Shown here in pieces: positions 40,919-50,869 of a stretch of DNA of 64,000 nt (positions are counted from its first letter, which is position 1; each line of letters opens with the position of its first letter). Source of the DNA: Candidatus Eiseniibacteriota bacterium. GTDB lineage: Bacteria; Eisenbacteria; RBG-16-71-46; JABDJR01. Location: the NCBI GenBank assembly GCA_942491735.1, contig CALOCN010000014.1, positions 3,147,534 to 3,211,533 of the forward strand. Reading direction: 5' to 3'. The position numbers and the translations under genes were made by a program. The notes below the pieces were generated by a model. It was not told where the DNA came from, did not search any database, and was given only the letters and a program-made list of their open reading frames with translations.

Positions 40919-41934
40919 CGTCCCGTCCCCCCGTCCTTCTCCCGCTCGTCGTACAGCTCACCGACGATCTCCTCCAGGACGTCCTCCATGGTCACCAGGC
41001 CCACCGGACGCCCCAGGGCGTCCACCGCCACCGCCAGATGCACCCGCGCTTCCTGCAGCTCGTTCATCAGTTCGCTCATGGTCGCCTGCCGACGCACGTA
41101 GTACACCGGGCGCAGCAGATCCGCCAGAGGTATCGGCTCCGGGCGCCCACCGGCCAGCAGCAGGTCCTTCACCGTCACCAACCCCACAACCCGCCCGGCA
41201 TCCATCACCGGGTGGCGACTATGACCGGAGTCCTGGACCTGGCGCGTCGTTTCCGCGAGATCCATGCCGATCTCGAGACGCCGCACCCGTTCCCACGGGG
41301 TCATGATGTCCGAGACGGGAATGCTCGCCCCCGCCAGAAGCCGACGCAGGAACCGCCGCTCCACGAACCCCAGGCGTCCTCCGGCCGGGGTTGCCGCCGC
41401 CTGGGACTCGGCCAGGACATGCGCCGCCGACTCCTCCGCGGTTTCCGGCAACCGGCGCAGGTGCAGCCCCGGTCGGGCCAACCGCGCCGCCGGCTGGGTG
41501 AGCTTGGCCCAGACCGCATACCCGGCTCCGCCCCGGGCACGGGAAAACCGGCGCACCGAGGCTCCACCTCCCGAGGCCTCGGCCATGGAAGCCAACAGCC
41601 ATCCCACAGACCCAGCCAGCACTCCCAACGAAACGGAGCCCAGGCTGGCCACCCCCACCGCAAGACAGGCCGGGACCAGGGCGGCCGCCAGGACCCGGGA
41701 GAACCGGAGACGCAATCCCAGATGCACGGGATCGTCGCGCAGGCGCTGGAGCCGCGCGATCACCGCGTAGTCCGCATCCCCCACCGCGCCCCCCTGCTCC
41801 AGTCCGAGCAGATCGCGGCGCACCGCCGAAGCCACCGCGCCGATCCACCAGGCCATGCCGGCCAGGAGGATCCAGGGAAGCCAGGTCAACAACGGCACGA
41901 CGTCCATCTCAGGCCAGGGCCTCCGTATCGCCAC
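40915..41934 (-). CDS. DUF21 + CBS-pair membrane protein (CNNM family)
   Basis: 339 aa with an N-terminal polytopic DUF21-like region and a CBS pair (VSDIMTPWERV ... VGLVTMEDVLEEIVGE). Its start may be the internal MDVVPLL (41907), which would avoid overlap with ybeY. Confidence 0.7.
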   Translation of the reverse strand: MAIRRPWPEMDVVPLLTWLPWILLAGMAWWIGAVASAVRRDLLGLEQGGAVGDADYAVIARLQRLRDDPVHLGLRLRFSRVLAAALVPACLAVGVASLGSVSLGVLAGSVGWLLASMAEASGGGASVRRFSRARGGAGYAVWAKLTQPAARLARPGLHLRRLPETAEESAAHVLAESQAAATPAGGRLGFVERRFLRRLLAGASIPVSDIMTPWERVRRLEIGMDLAETTRQVQDSGHSRHPVMDAGRVVGLVTVKDLLLAGGRPEPIPLADLLRPVYYVRRQATMSELMNELQEARVHLAVAVDALGRPVGLVTMEDVLEEIVGELYDEREKDGGTGR

Positions 41935-42403
41935 GCAGAAGTGTCCCCGGCAGGTAGGCGGTCATGGCCCGTCGCTCCGCCGCCTTCATCCGTCGCCCCT
42001 CGGCCGGCGCGTGGTGGTCGTACCCGAGGAGGTGGAGCAGCCCGTGCGTGATGAGCCGGGCCAGCTCCGCGTCCGGGGTGTTGTGGAACCGGGGGGCCTG
42101 CGCACGCGCCCGCTCCAGGGAGATGACGACATCGCCAAGATAGCGGCCGGCCCCCTCGCTCCCGTCGAACACCGGATCGTCCGGGTCGTCATGGTCGGGA
42201 AACGCCAGCACATCGGTAGGCCGGTCCTTGTCCCTGAACTGCCGGTTGAGTTCGTGGATCTGCGCGTCGTCGGTGAGGACGAGGGTCACCGAACCGTCGG
42301 CGACTCCCTCGCCGCGCAGGACCGACTTGGCGAACCGTCTCACCGCGAGCGGATCCACCGTCTTCGGATCAACCCGTCGCTCGAGGTGAATACGCAGGCT
42401 CAC
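41909..42403 (-). CDS. ybeY: rRNA maturation RNase YbeY
   Basis: GTG start VSLRIHLERR. It carries the HGLLHLLGYDH zinc-binding motif. Confidence 0.8.
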   Translation of the reverse strand: MSLRIHLERRVDPKTVDPLAVRRFAKSVLRGEGVADGSVTLVLTDDAQIHELNRQFRDKDRPTDVLAFPDHDDPDDPVFDGSEGAGRYLGDVVISLERARAQAPRFHNTPDAELARLITHGLLHLLGYDHHAPAEGRRMKAAERRAMTAYLPGTLLRGDTEALA

Positions 42404-42410
42404 GACCGGA

Positions 42411-44729
42411 TCAACTGCCGCTGGATCCGCCCGCCGAGGAGGACGGCCGCGTGAACTCGCGGGTCGTCTCAACGGTGCTGATCCCGGTCTCGAGCTCGGG
42501 ACGGAAGACCCGTTCTTCCGCCTCCCCACCCAACGCGCGCTCCCCACCGTCCTTCTGCCACTGGTACTTCACCCGGCTGTGATGAACGCCGGTCAACACG
42601 TGGGTAAACGCGTCGCGGGCCTTGGCCAGTTCGGAAACGGTCAAACCGCAATCATCCAGCTGACCATCGGCGATCCGCGCCTCGAACAGTCGCATGAGGA
42701 CCGCGCGGATCTTGCTTGGACTCTGGTCGTCCAGCGAGCGCACCGTTGCCTCGGCCGCGTCGGCCAGCATCACGATCCCGGTCTCCCGGGTCTGGGGGCG
42801 CGGACCGGGATAGCGGTAGTCCCGCTCCTCGACTTCGGGGTCCATTTCCAGCGCCTTGGCGTAGAAGTACTGCATGAGCGTCGTGCCCTGGTGCTCGGGG
42901 ATGAACGCGGCCACGCTCTTGGGCAAGCCGATTTCCCGTGCCATCTCCAGACCCTCCCGCACATGGGATTCCAGGATCAGGCTCGACATGGTGGGAGTGA
43001 GCCGCTCGTGCGGGTTCTTGGCCCCCATGCGCAGGTTCTCCCCGAAGTACCCCGACTTGGCGATCTTTCCGATGTCGTGATAGTACGCACCGACCCGGGA
43101 CAGCAGGGGGTTGGCCTCGATCGCCTCGGCCGCCGCCTCCGAAAGCAGTCCCACCACCATGCTGTGGTGATAGGTCCCGTTGGCCTCGATCACCATCCGC
43201 TTGAAGATGGGTCGATTGAGGTCGGACAGTTCCAGCAGGGTCAGGTTGCTGGCCAGACCGAACATCTTCTCCAGGATGGGAAGCAGGGTCATGGCCACCG
43301 CGATGGAAAAGACCACGTTGACCGCGACCCAGATGAGCTCCCGCAGGATCATCGACAAGGGCACGACCGGTCCCACTAGGTGAACCCCCACCACCGTCGC
43401 CACCATGCCCCCGGTAATGGGAAGCGCCGCGCGCAGGAACTCGAGCCGGTGAAAGGCATTACGCACCGAGAACGCCGCGATCACGCCGCCCACCGCACCG
43501 GACAGCGTCACCGGCAGGCCCCACCCGGTGATGGTCCCGAGCAACGCGGAAAGCCCGATCACCACCACCACCGCCGGCACCGCGCCGATCAGCATGGTGA
43601 TCAGGATCGCGGCCAGGGAGATGGGTACCACGAACGGATGCAACGCCCCGGAGCGGAAGACCACCGCGGCCAGGATCAGGGTGAGCAACGTCACCAGGCT
43701 CATCAGGGCGAGCAACCCGAGGTCCCCCCACACATCCGGTCGCGCCTGGCGCAGGAACACCCCGACCAGCGTGAGAATCACCCCCATCAGCAGCGCACGC
43801 CCCAGGATGGGCCACAACCAGCCGGCCAGACGATCCGACGGATTCCGCGACATCTGGGCCCGCTGGTAGGCCTCCAGCACCATGAGATCCTCGCGGGTGA
43901 TCCGCTCGTTCGCGTCGATGATGCGTTCGTCCTTCTGGATGCTGGCCATGATCGGGGACACCGCGTTGCGCGCGGCCCGACGATTGGCCTCGGTGACCTG
44001 GGGATCGAAGCGCAGGTTGGGCGTGGCCAGCCCTTCGGCCAGTTCCCGCATGGCCGCCGATCCGGCCGGGCCCAGCTTGTCCATCCCCCGCTCCGCGGCC
44101 AGCGCCAGCAGGCGGGAGGGTTCGTACAGATCCAGGGTGGAAACCACCTCGTCCCCGCGCTCGGTCCGCAGACCCACCTGGACGTTGGTCTCCAGGAGAT
44201 CCGCGTCCTGGGACTCCACCAACCCCGCGTCGTTGACCTCGCCCAGCACCCGCTCGGTCTCGAACAGCACGATCTCCCCGATATCCGAACTGGACACCAG
44301 GTCGAACGAAGAGGGACCCAGGTTGACCCCGGCCGAGTCCAACACCGCGGCGAAACGGGCGGAATCCCCGCGGGCCGCCCGGAGGGTCGCCATGATCCCG
44401 TCGTAGGAAGGCTTGGATTGGATGCGCGTGAAGACGGAGCGCACCCCCTCGGCGGCGCGGGCCTGCTCCCGCTCGAGCAGATCCTCCGGCTTGTCCACGT
44501 CGAACGCGAAGTCGGCGATGACCTCCTCGGATGCGATCATCCCCTCCAGATAGCTGGGCAGCTCGAACGAGATCCCCAGCGGAAACAGGAGAATGGCCGC
44601 GGCGAGAAGCAACGCCGCCATGAGCAGGCGGATCAGTCCGCGCGTCGTACGCCCCAGAGGCTCGCGCTCGTGGGCGAGCTGGATCCGCCGTCTGCGGCGC
44701 CCTCGCCAGAGGCTATTGATGGGTTTCAT
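42411..44729 (-). CDS. 7TM-receptor HD-domain membrane phosphohydrolase (PgpH/YqfF-like)
   Basis: 772 aa with an extracellular N-domain, a 7-TM block and a C-terminal HD/HDIG domain (YYHDIGKI). It sits in the conserved phoH-(this gene)-ybeY arrangement. Confidence 0.85.
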   Translation of the reverse strand: MKPINSLWRGRRRRRIQLAHEREPLGRTTRGLIRLLMAALLLAAAILLFPLGISFELPSYLEGMIASEEVIADFAFDVDKPEDLLEREQARAAEGVRSVFTRIQSKPSYDGIMATLRAARGDSARFAAVLDSAGVNLGPSSFDLVSSSDIGEIVLFETERVLGEVNDAGLVESQDADLLETNVQVGLRTERGDEVVSTLDLYEPSRLLALAAERGMDKLGPAGSAAMRELAEGLATPNLRFDPQVTEANRRAARNAVSPIMASIQKDERIIDANERITREDLMVLEAYQRAQMSRNPSDRLAGWLWPILGRALLMGVILTLVGVFLRQARPDVWGDLGLLALMSLVTLLTLILAAVVFRSGALHPFVVPISLAAILITMLIGAVPAVVVVIGLSALLGTITGWGLPVTLSGAVGGVIAAFSVRNAFHRLEFLRAALPITGGMVATVVGVHLVGPVVPLSMILRELIWVAVNVVFSIAVAMTLLPILEKMFGLASNLTLLELSDLNRPIFKRMVIEANGTYHHSMVVGLLSEAAAEAIEANPLLSRVGAYYHDIGKIAKSGYFGENLRMGAKNPHERLTPTMSSLILESHVREGLEMAREIGLPKSVAAFIPEHQGTTLMQYFYAKALEMDPEVEERDYRYPGPRPQTRETGIVMLADAAEATVRSLDDQSPSKIRAVLMRLFEARIADGQLDDCGLTVSELAKARDAFTHVLTGVHHSRVKYQWQKDGGERALGGEAEERVFRPELETGISTVETTREFTRPSSSAGGSSGS

Positions 44730-45732
44730 TCTTTGCTTTGTTCACCGGATCGTCTTCGGCTGCGGTTGCAGTCTCGTACCGCTCGAAGGCCTTGAGGATA
44801 GACTGCACGAGGCGGTGCCGGACCACATCACGGGCCAGAAACCGCACGAACCCGATCCCCTCCACGTTGCGCAGGATCGACTCGACCTGGACCAGACCGC
44901 TTTCCCTGGGATCCACCAGGTCGATCTGGGTCACGTCCCCCGTGATCACCGCCCGCGAGCGGGCTCCGATACGGGTCAGGAACATCTTCATCTGCTTGAG
45001 CGTCGTGTTCTGCGCCTCGTCCAGCACGACGAAGGCCCGGGACAGGGTGCGTCCCCGCATGTAGGCCAGGGGAGCGATCTCCAGCACCCCCATCTCCTGG
45101 TACCGGCGCAGCTTGTCGTGCGGAATGAAATCATGGAGCGCGTCGTAGAGCGGGCGCAGGTACGGATCGATCTTCTCCTCGAACGTCCCGGGGAGGAAAC
45201 CCAGCTTCTCGCCCGCCTCCACCGCGGGCCGGGTCAGGATGATCCGCTCCACTTCCCGGTTGCGCAGGGCCTGCACCGCCATCGCCACCGCAAGATAGGT
45301 CTTCCCGGTTCCCGCCGGGCCGATCCCGAACACGATGTCATGGTCGGCAATGGCCTCCACGTACGCTTCCTGCCCCTTGGACTTGAGTTGAACCCGGCCG
45401 CGCTCGAACACGAGCTCCCGTGAGGGTCGGGACCCGGCCACCGCGTCCGGGCCATCCTCGTCCTGGAGCGCAGCGAGGTACTCGATGTCCCGGGACTCCA
45501 CCACATCGCCCCGCTCCACCCGGTCGGCGAGCTCACGGACAATGGTGGCCGCGCGCCGGACGTCCGCCTCCTCGCCGGACAGGGTCAACAAACCCTGCCG
45601 CAACACGGCGGTGACATGGAAGCGCTCTTCGAGGTGTCGGAGATTCGAGTCCTTCTCACCCACGAGGGCCAGCGGCTCGATCCGGGAAAGATCAATCTGA
45701 AGACGATGGGTATCGGATGCCAGGACCGGCAC
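44713..45732 (-). CDS. phoH: PhoH-family ATPase
   Basis: 339 aa with Walker A GPAGTGKTYLAV and a PhoH C-terminal domain. Confidence 0.9.
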   Translation of the reverse strand: MPVLASDTHRLQIDLSRIEPLALVGEKDSNLRHLEERFHVTAVLRQGLLTLSGEEADVRRAATIVRELADRVERGDVVESRDIEYLAALQDEDGPDAVAGSRPSRELVFERGRVQLKSKGQEAYVEAIADHDIVFGIGPAGTGKTYLAVAMAVQALRNREVERIILTRPAVEAGEKLGFLPGTFEEKIDPYLRPLYDALHDFIPHDKLRRYQEMGVLEIAPLAYMRGRTLSRAFVVLDEAQNTTLKQMKMFLTRIGARSRAVITGDVTQIDLVDPRESGLVQVESILRNVEGIGFVRFLARDVVRHRLVQSILKAFERYETATAAEDDPVNKAKNETHQ

Positions 45733-45791
45733 CTCCGTGATGGCGGAATTGTTGACTGCCTTCGGCAGAAGCCATCATGCCGGGAGCAGCG

Positions 45792-45865
45792 TGGCTGGGG
45801 AGCAAGGATTCGAACCTTGATTCTCGGCTCCAAAGGCCGATGTCCTGCCGTTGGACGACTCCCCA
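45792..45865 (-). tRNA. tRNA-Gln (anticodon UUG)
   Basis: Cloverleaf read by hand. The acceptor stem is UGGGGAG/CUCCCCA + G + CCA, the D-arm GUCC..GGAC, the anticodon stem UCGGC/GCCGA with loop CUUUGGA, and the T-arm CAAGG-UUCGAAU-CCUUG. The ends match E. coli tRNA-Gln (UGGGG...CCCCAGCCA). Confidence 0.9.
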
Positions 45866-45937
45866 AGGCCATCCCGGATTGGGACTCGCCCAAAAAACAC
45901 AGAACGGGCTCCTCGAGGAACCCGCTCGCTGGCCAGT

Positions 45938-45966
45938 AGCCTAGCATCGGTCCCCGGGAGCGTCAA
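45938..45966 (-). promoter_or_regulatory. candidate sigma-70 promoter for tRNA-Gln (TTGACG-N17-TAGGCT)
   Basis: Read on the minus strand, about 70 nt upstream of the tRNA 5' end. Confidence 0.35.
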
Positions 45967-46024
45967 CTTGACCCGCCCGCGACCGCATCGCTAACCTCAC
46001 CAACGACAACCGGTTGCGGAGGCG

Positions 46025-47788
46025 CTACTCAACCACCTTCAGGTGCAGGTCCATCAGATCCTGCGGGTCGACCTTGGCCGGCGCCCCGTCCATCAGGCTC
46101 GACGCCCGGGCGGTCTTGGGGAAGGCAATCACGTCCCGCAGCGAACGGCGCCCGCTCATGAGCATGATGATCCGGTCGAGACCGGTGGCGATTCCGCCGT
46201 GCGGGGGGGCCCCGTACTCGAAGGCTTCCAGGAGGAATCCGAACTTCTCCTGGGCTTCCTCCGCACTCACCCCGGCCACCTTCATGACCCGCTCCTGGAT
46301 GTCCCGCCGGTGGATCCGGATGCTTCCGGACCCGAGCTCGTAACCGTTGGCCACCAGGTCGTAGAGCACCGCATGGACCCGGCCGGGATCACTCTCCAGA
46401 TGCTCCAGGTCCTCTTCCCGCGGCATGGAAAACATGTGATGCGCCGGTTCCCAACGGCCCTGGTCGGCGTTGAACTCGAAGAGGGGGAACTCCCGCACCC
46501 ACAGGAAGCGGAACTCCTTCTCCCGTCCCGCGATCAAGGGTTCGCCGAGCGCACTGCGCACGGCCCCCAGTGCCTTGCACGCGGTGCCCCAGCTGTCGGC
46601 GACAAACAGGAGCAGGTCCCCGGGCCCCGCCGCCAGGGCCCCGCACAGCTCGGCCCCATCCCCCAGGAACTTCCCGATCCCCCCCTCGAAGCCGGACTCG
46701 CCGATCTTGGTCCAGGCGAGCCCCTTCGCCCCGTAGGTCCTGGCCACCGCTTCCAGTCCGTCGATCTCCTTGCGGCTCCTGGCCGCTCCCCCCGGCACCC
46801 GGATGCCCTTGACCGTTCCACCCGCCCCCACCGTGTCGGCGAAGACCTTGAACCCGGAATCCTTGACCACATCCGACAGGGTCACCAGTTCCAGGTCGAA
46901 CCGCAGGTCCGGCTTGTCGGTCCCGAACCGATCCATGGACTCCCGATAGGTTATCCGCTGGAAGGGGGTTTCCAACTGCACGTCCAGACAGGTGTCGAAA
47001 ATGTGCGCCATCAGCCCCTCGATCACCCGATAGACATCGTCTTCACCGACATAGGCCATCTCGAGATCGATCTGGGTGTGCTCCGGCTGGCGATCGGCCC
47101 GCAGGTCCTCGTCCCGCATGCACCGGGCCAACTGGAAGTAGCGATCCATCCCGCTCACCATGAGGATCTGTTTGTAGAGTTGGGGACTCTGGGGCAGGGC
47201 GTAGAACGAGCCCGGGTGCAGACGCGCCGGAACCACGTAGTCCCGCGCTCCCTCCGGGGTCGGACGCACCAGCATCGGCGTCTCGATCTCGATGAACTCG
47301 CGACCGCAAAGGTAGTTCCGCGTCTCCAGGGTCACCTTGGAGCGCAGTCGTAACGCATCCTGCAGCGACGGACGGCGCAGATCCAGGTACCGGTAGCGCA
47401 GTCGCAGGTCCTCGCCCACCTCGGCCTCGTCATCCACCGCGAAGGGGGGCGTGGCCGAGAGGTTGAGAATGCGGAACCCGGTGACGTCCAGCTCGACATG
47501 CCCGGTCGGCAGGTCCGCGTTGATCATGGAGTCCGGTCGTCGGGTCACCTGCCCCCGCACCGCCACCACGCTCTCGGAACGCAGGGCGCGCGCCTCGGAC
47601 AGCGGGCCCTCCTCGACCTTGCCCGGGTGGAACACGACCTGGGTCATCCCGGTGTGATCCCGCAGGTCGATGAACAACACGCCGCCATGATCGCGGGTCC
47701 GGTGCACCCAACCCATCAACACCGCCTCGTGCTCCGCATCGTCCGCCCGCAGCTCACCGCACCGATGGGTCCGTCTCCAGTCCCCCAG
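46025..47788 (-). CDS. aspS: aspartate--tRNA ligase
   Basis: The start is placed at MLGDWRRTHRCGELRA. An anticodon-binding OB fold is followed by a class II core with GGxD insertion motifs. Confidence 0.9.
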   Translation of the reverse strand: MGDWRRTHRCGELRADDAEHEAVLMGWVHRTRDHGGVLFIDLRDHTGMTQVVFHPGKVEEGPLSEARALRSESVVAVRGQVTRRPDSMINADLPTGHVELDVTGFRILNLSATPPFAVDDEAEVGEDLRLRYRYLDLRRPSLQDALRLRSKVTLETRNYLCGREFIEIETPMLVRPTPEGARDYVVPARLHPGSFYALPQSPQLYKQILMVSGMDRYFQLARCMRDEDLRADRQPEHTQIDLEMAYVGEDDVYRVIEGLMAHIFDTCLDVQLETPFQRITYRESMDRFGTDKPDLRFDLELVTLSDVVKDSGFKVFADTVGAGGTVKGIRVPGGAARSRKEIDGLEAVARTYGAKGLAWTKIGESGFEGGIGKFLGDGAELCGALAAGPGDLLLFVADSWGTACKALGAVRSALGEPLIAGREKEFRFLWVREFPLFEFNADQGRWEPAHHMFSMPREEDLEHLESDPGRVHAVLYDLVANGYELGSGSIRIHRRDIQERVMKVAGVSAEEAQEKFGFLLEAFEYGAPPHGGIATGLDRIIMLMSGRRSLRDVIAFPKTARASSLMDGAPAKVDPQDLMDLHLKVVE

Positions 47789-47799
47789 CATTTCCTGTT

Positions 47800-49164
47800 T
47801 CAAGCTGTCTCCTCCCGCGCCCACGACGCAATGTGTCGTGCCGCGTCCGCCAGCGGGAGGCGTACCTGTTCGCCCCGCTGCAAGTGCTTCAATGTGATTT
47901 GCCCCGACGCCACCTCGTCATCCCCGAGAATGGCCGCCACCGGGGCCCCGATCTGATCCGCGTACTGGAGCTGCTTGCCCAGCTTCGCTTCCTCGGGGTA
48001 GACCTCGACCCGCAGATCCCCCCGCCGCAACTCCCGCGCCGCACCCAGGGCGGCGGCCGCGATCGCTCCCATCCAGCACACCAGAACGTCCGGTCCCACC
48101 GGGAGCGGCGGGTACATCCCGCGCTCCTCCATGACCAGCACGATCCTTTCCAGCCCCAGGGAAAACCCGACCGCGGGGACCGAACGCTTACCGAACATCC
48201 CGATCAACCCGTCGTATCGTCCCCCACCCCCCAGGCTCCCGGCCAGGTCCGGCACATCGATCTCGAAGATGGGGCCGGTGTAGTAGCTGAGCCCGCGCGC
48301 CAGGTCCGGCGTCACCCGGACGTGCCGGCCCGCCGGCGTATCCGCCACCAGATCCAGCAGACGCCCCAGGGTCGCAAGCCCCTCACGCGATGCCTCATCG
48401 TCCAACCGACGACCCAGCGCCTCCAGCACTTCGGCGTTCCCGGCCTCCGACCCCCGGATGCTCTCCAGGAGCCGCTGGCCGGCCTGGGCGTCGATCCCGC
48501 GTTCCACGAGTTCCTTGACCACCCCCTCCTCGCCGATCTTGTCCAACTTGTCCACCGCCACCAACGCGGTCTGCTCCGCTTCGTCCGCGATGCCGGCCGC
48601 GCGCACCAGCCCCCGCAACACCGCGCGGTGGTTGAGACGCAGCCGGAACTCCTCGAACCCCAACCCCTCCATCACCTCGCACACCGCGGCGAGGATCTCC
48701 GCGTCCGCGACCTCGCTCGTGCTGCCCAGGCTGTCCACGTCGCACTGGTAGAACTCGCGGTAGCGACCCCGTCCGGGACGGTCCGCTCGCCACACCGGCT
48801 GGATCTGGTAGCGCTTGAAGAACCGGGGCAAATCGCCGTACTGGGCAATGACGCGGGCCAGGGGAACGGTCAGGTCGTAGCGAAGCCCCAGATCGCCCAG
48901 CGCACCCTCGGTGACCGGGCTCTGCTCCAGGGCCCGAGCCAGGGCATCCCGCCGGTGCAGGAGCCGGAACAGGAGTTGGTCCCCTTCCTCACCGTATTTT
49001 CCGGTCAGAACACTCAGGTTCTCGAAGGCCGGGGTCTCGAGCGGGGCAAAGCCGTACCGCTCGAATCCGGATTGGATCTGCTGCACCACGTAACGGCGAC
49101 GCGCCACCTCCTGGGGCAGGAAATCGCGGGTTCCGCTGGGAGGCTTGGTGCTCGGTCGACTCAT
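47800..49164 (-). CDS. hisS: histidine--tRNA ligase
   Basis: 454 aa beginning MSRPSTKPPSGTRDFLPQE (HisRS N-terminal motif). It overlaps the aspS start by a few bp. Confidence 0.9.
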   Translation of the reverse strand: MSRPSTKPPSGTRDFLPQEVARRRYVVQQIQSGFERYGFAPLETPAFENLSVLTGKYGEEGDQLLFRLLHRRDALARALEQSPVTEGALGDLGLRYDLTVPLARVIAQYGDLPRFFKRYQIQPVWRADRPGRGRYREFYQCDVDSLGSTSEVADAEILAAVCEVMEGLGFEEFRLRLNHRAVLRGLVRAAGIADEAEQTALVAVDKLDKIGEEGVVKELVERGIDAQAGQRLLESIRGSEAGNAEVLEALGRRLDDEASREGLATLGRLLDLVADTPAGRHVRVTPDLARGLSYYTGPIFEIDVPDLAGSLGGGGRYDGLIGMFGKRSVPAVGFSLGLERIVLVMEERGMYPPLPVGPDVLVCWMGAIAAAALGAARELRRGDLRVEVYPEEAKLGKQLQYADQIGAPVAAILGDDEVASGQITLKHLQRGEQVRLPLADAARHIASWAREETA

Positions 49165-49171
49165 GGATTCC

Positions 49172-49564
49172 TCAGGTATCCTGGGATGGATCGATACGTT
49201 TTGAACGGACAGACTGCACGACGGATGCTCCCAGCAGCGCTCCCAGGGTGTCGGCTACCCCATCCGCCGCGCTGGTCATCCGCCCCTGGGTCCCCTGGAA
49301 CAACTCGTCCAGGACCCCCACCGTTCCCCCGATGATCACCGCGACCCCGATCACCCAGAGGGTCCGCCGTCGCCGTCCCCGACCCAAAACGCGGGCCAGG
49401 AGCGCACCCAGGACGCCGTACTCCAGCAGGTGGGCCACCTTGTCCAGGTGGGCCGCATCTCCCGGCGGAGCCAGGCTGGCCATCGAGGACAGGGTGAAGA
49501 TCATCAGGATATAGACCCCGACGGGAAGCCAAGCGCTCATGGCGGAAGCCAAGGAGTATGCCAC
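49172..49564 (-). CDS. VanZ-like family small membrane protein
   Basis: 130 aa with 3-4 TM helices and a VanZ-like pattern (...LDELFQ...). Confidence 0.5.
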   Translation of the reverse strand: MAYSLASAMSAWLPVGVYILMIFTLSSMASLAPPGDAAHLDKVAHLLEYGVLGALLARVLGRGRRRRTLWVIGVAVIIGGTVGVLDELFQGTQGRMTSAADGVADTLGALLGASVVQSVRSKRIDPSQDT

Positions 49565-49573
49565 AGGCGGGGG

Positions 49574-50031
49574 TTACCCGGTGATCCTGGACTCCTCGTC
49601 GCGAATGCTGGCCATGGCCTCGGCGGCGGAGCGGGCGCGCAGGAGGTTGCGCTGCAGATCACCCGTGTAGAGAAGACGGCTGATGCGGGCGAGGATCCGA
49701 ATGAAACCGGATCCCTCCTCGGGGCCGACCACCATGAAGACCAACTGCACCGGGCGCTCGTCGAGGGCTTCGAAATCAATGGGGGCGCGAAGTCGGCCCA
49801 ACGCCAGGGCCAGACGGCTCGCGCCGACACTCTGGGCATGCGGCACGGCGATCCCGCCGCCGATCCCCGTGCTCATGACGCGTTCCCGGGTCTGGATATC
49901 CTCCATCATCCGGTCCGCATCGGTGACCACGCCCCCCTTGACCTGGACGTCGACAAGCGAGCGCAGGACATCGTCCTTGGTACGGGCGGTCAGGTCCAGC
50001 GCAACGCAGGACTCCTGGAGTATTTCGGTGA
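49574..50031 (-). CDS. PTS EIIA(Ntr)-like protein (EIIA type 2), start codon unresolved
   Basis: A conserved EIIA domain (GIGGGIAVPHAQ with the active His) runs in-frame upstream of the tracked ORF as LTEILQESCVALDLTARTKDDVLRSLVDVQVKGG. No ATG/GTG/TTG lies between the upstream TAA (50038-50040) and the domain, so a non-canonical start or a sequence error is implied. Confidence 0.5.
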
Positions 50032-50128
50032 GCAGGAGCGGATCCTCTGTTTATTCGGGTGGGCCGGTCCGGGCGTTACGAGGCCAACTATAGCAGTGCC
50101 CGTATCCGAATTCCATGCGCTACCGGGC

Positions 50129-50869
50129 CTAGTAGTTGAACTCCATCCGGTACCAGGCGTCGACCCGCTCGTCCCCCATCATGGCCGGTCGAAACCGCAT
50201 GCTCGCCGCCGATTTCAGCAGTGCGGCCAGGAGAACCTCGGGGAGATCGGTCTGCAACGGCTTCACCTCGATCACCCGCCCGTTGCGATCCACGTGGAGG
50301 CGGACCTCGATCGCCAGGGGGGACGGCAGGCCCTTCGCTTCCTCCGGCGTCAACGGCAGCGCGGCCCGTTGCAGGCGAGGCGGCCGGAATCGGGCGGGCG
50401 GGGCCGAGTCCCCGCTGTCCCCCTCACCGTCCCCCTTTCCCAGACCGACCCCTTCGCTTCCCTCCCCTTCCCCCGCCACCTCCCCCTCGCCCGCGAACCG
50501 GGAAGCCGGGGCCAGCGGCGACGGGGTGGGTTCCGTGGGCGCCTCGAACCACTCCGCGACGTCCAACGGCTCGGAGCCGGTTTCCTCGAACGGGTCGACC
50601 TCGATCAGGGTGGCCAGCCGGGGAGCCGGCACCGGTTCGGGATCCAACAGACCGTCCGGGGCCGGCTCGGCCTCCACCGCCGCGGGAACCAACTCGGGCG
50701 CGGCGGCCATCGCGGGCGGGGCAAGCGTCACTTCGAAGGCGGCGCCTCCTGCCCGCTCGCCCCCCGCACCCCCTCCCGGCTCCGCATCCGTGGAGGGGCG
50801 GGGGCCAAGCACCAGACCCACGTGGATCAGCACCGAGGCCACCAGCGCCCCCCGCATCCGGGGGTTCAT
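50129..50869 (-). CDS. TonB-family protein (N-terminal anchor, Pro/Glu-rich spacer, TonB C-terminal domain)
   Basis: 246 aa. MNPRMRGALVASVLIHVGLVLG is the anchor. The Pro-rich spacer is PEPVPAPR... The C-terminus IEVRLHVDRNGRVIEVK...SAASMRFRPA matches TonB_C. Its start overlaps the GWxTD gene stop. Confidence 0.6.
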   Translation of the reverse strand: MNPRMRGALVASVLIHVGLVLGPRPSTDAEPGGGAGGERAGGAAFEVTLAPPAMAAAPELVPAAVEAEPAPDGLLDPEPVPAPRLATLIEVDPFEETGSEPLDVAEWFEAPTEPTPSPLAPASRFAGEGEVAGEGEGSEGVGLGKGDGEGDSGDSAPPARFRPPRLQRAALPLTPEEAKGLPSPLAIEVRLHVDRNGRVIEVKPLQTDLPEVLLAALLKSAASMRFRPAMMGDERVDAWYRMEFNY

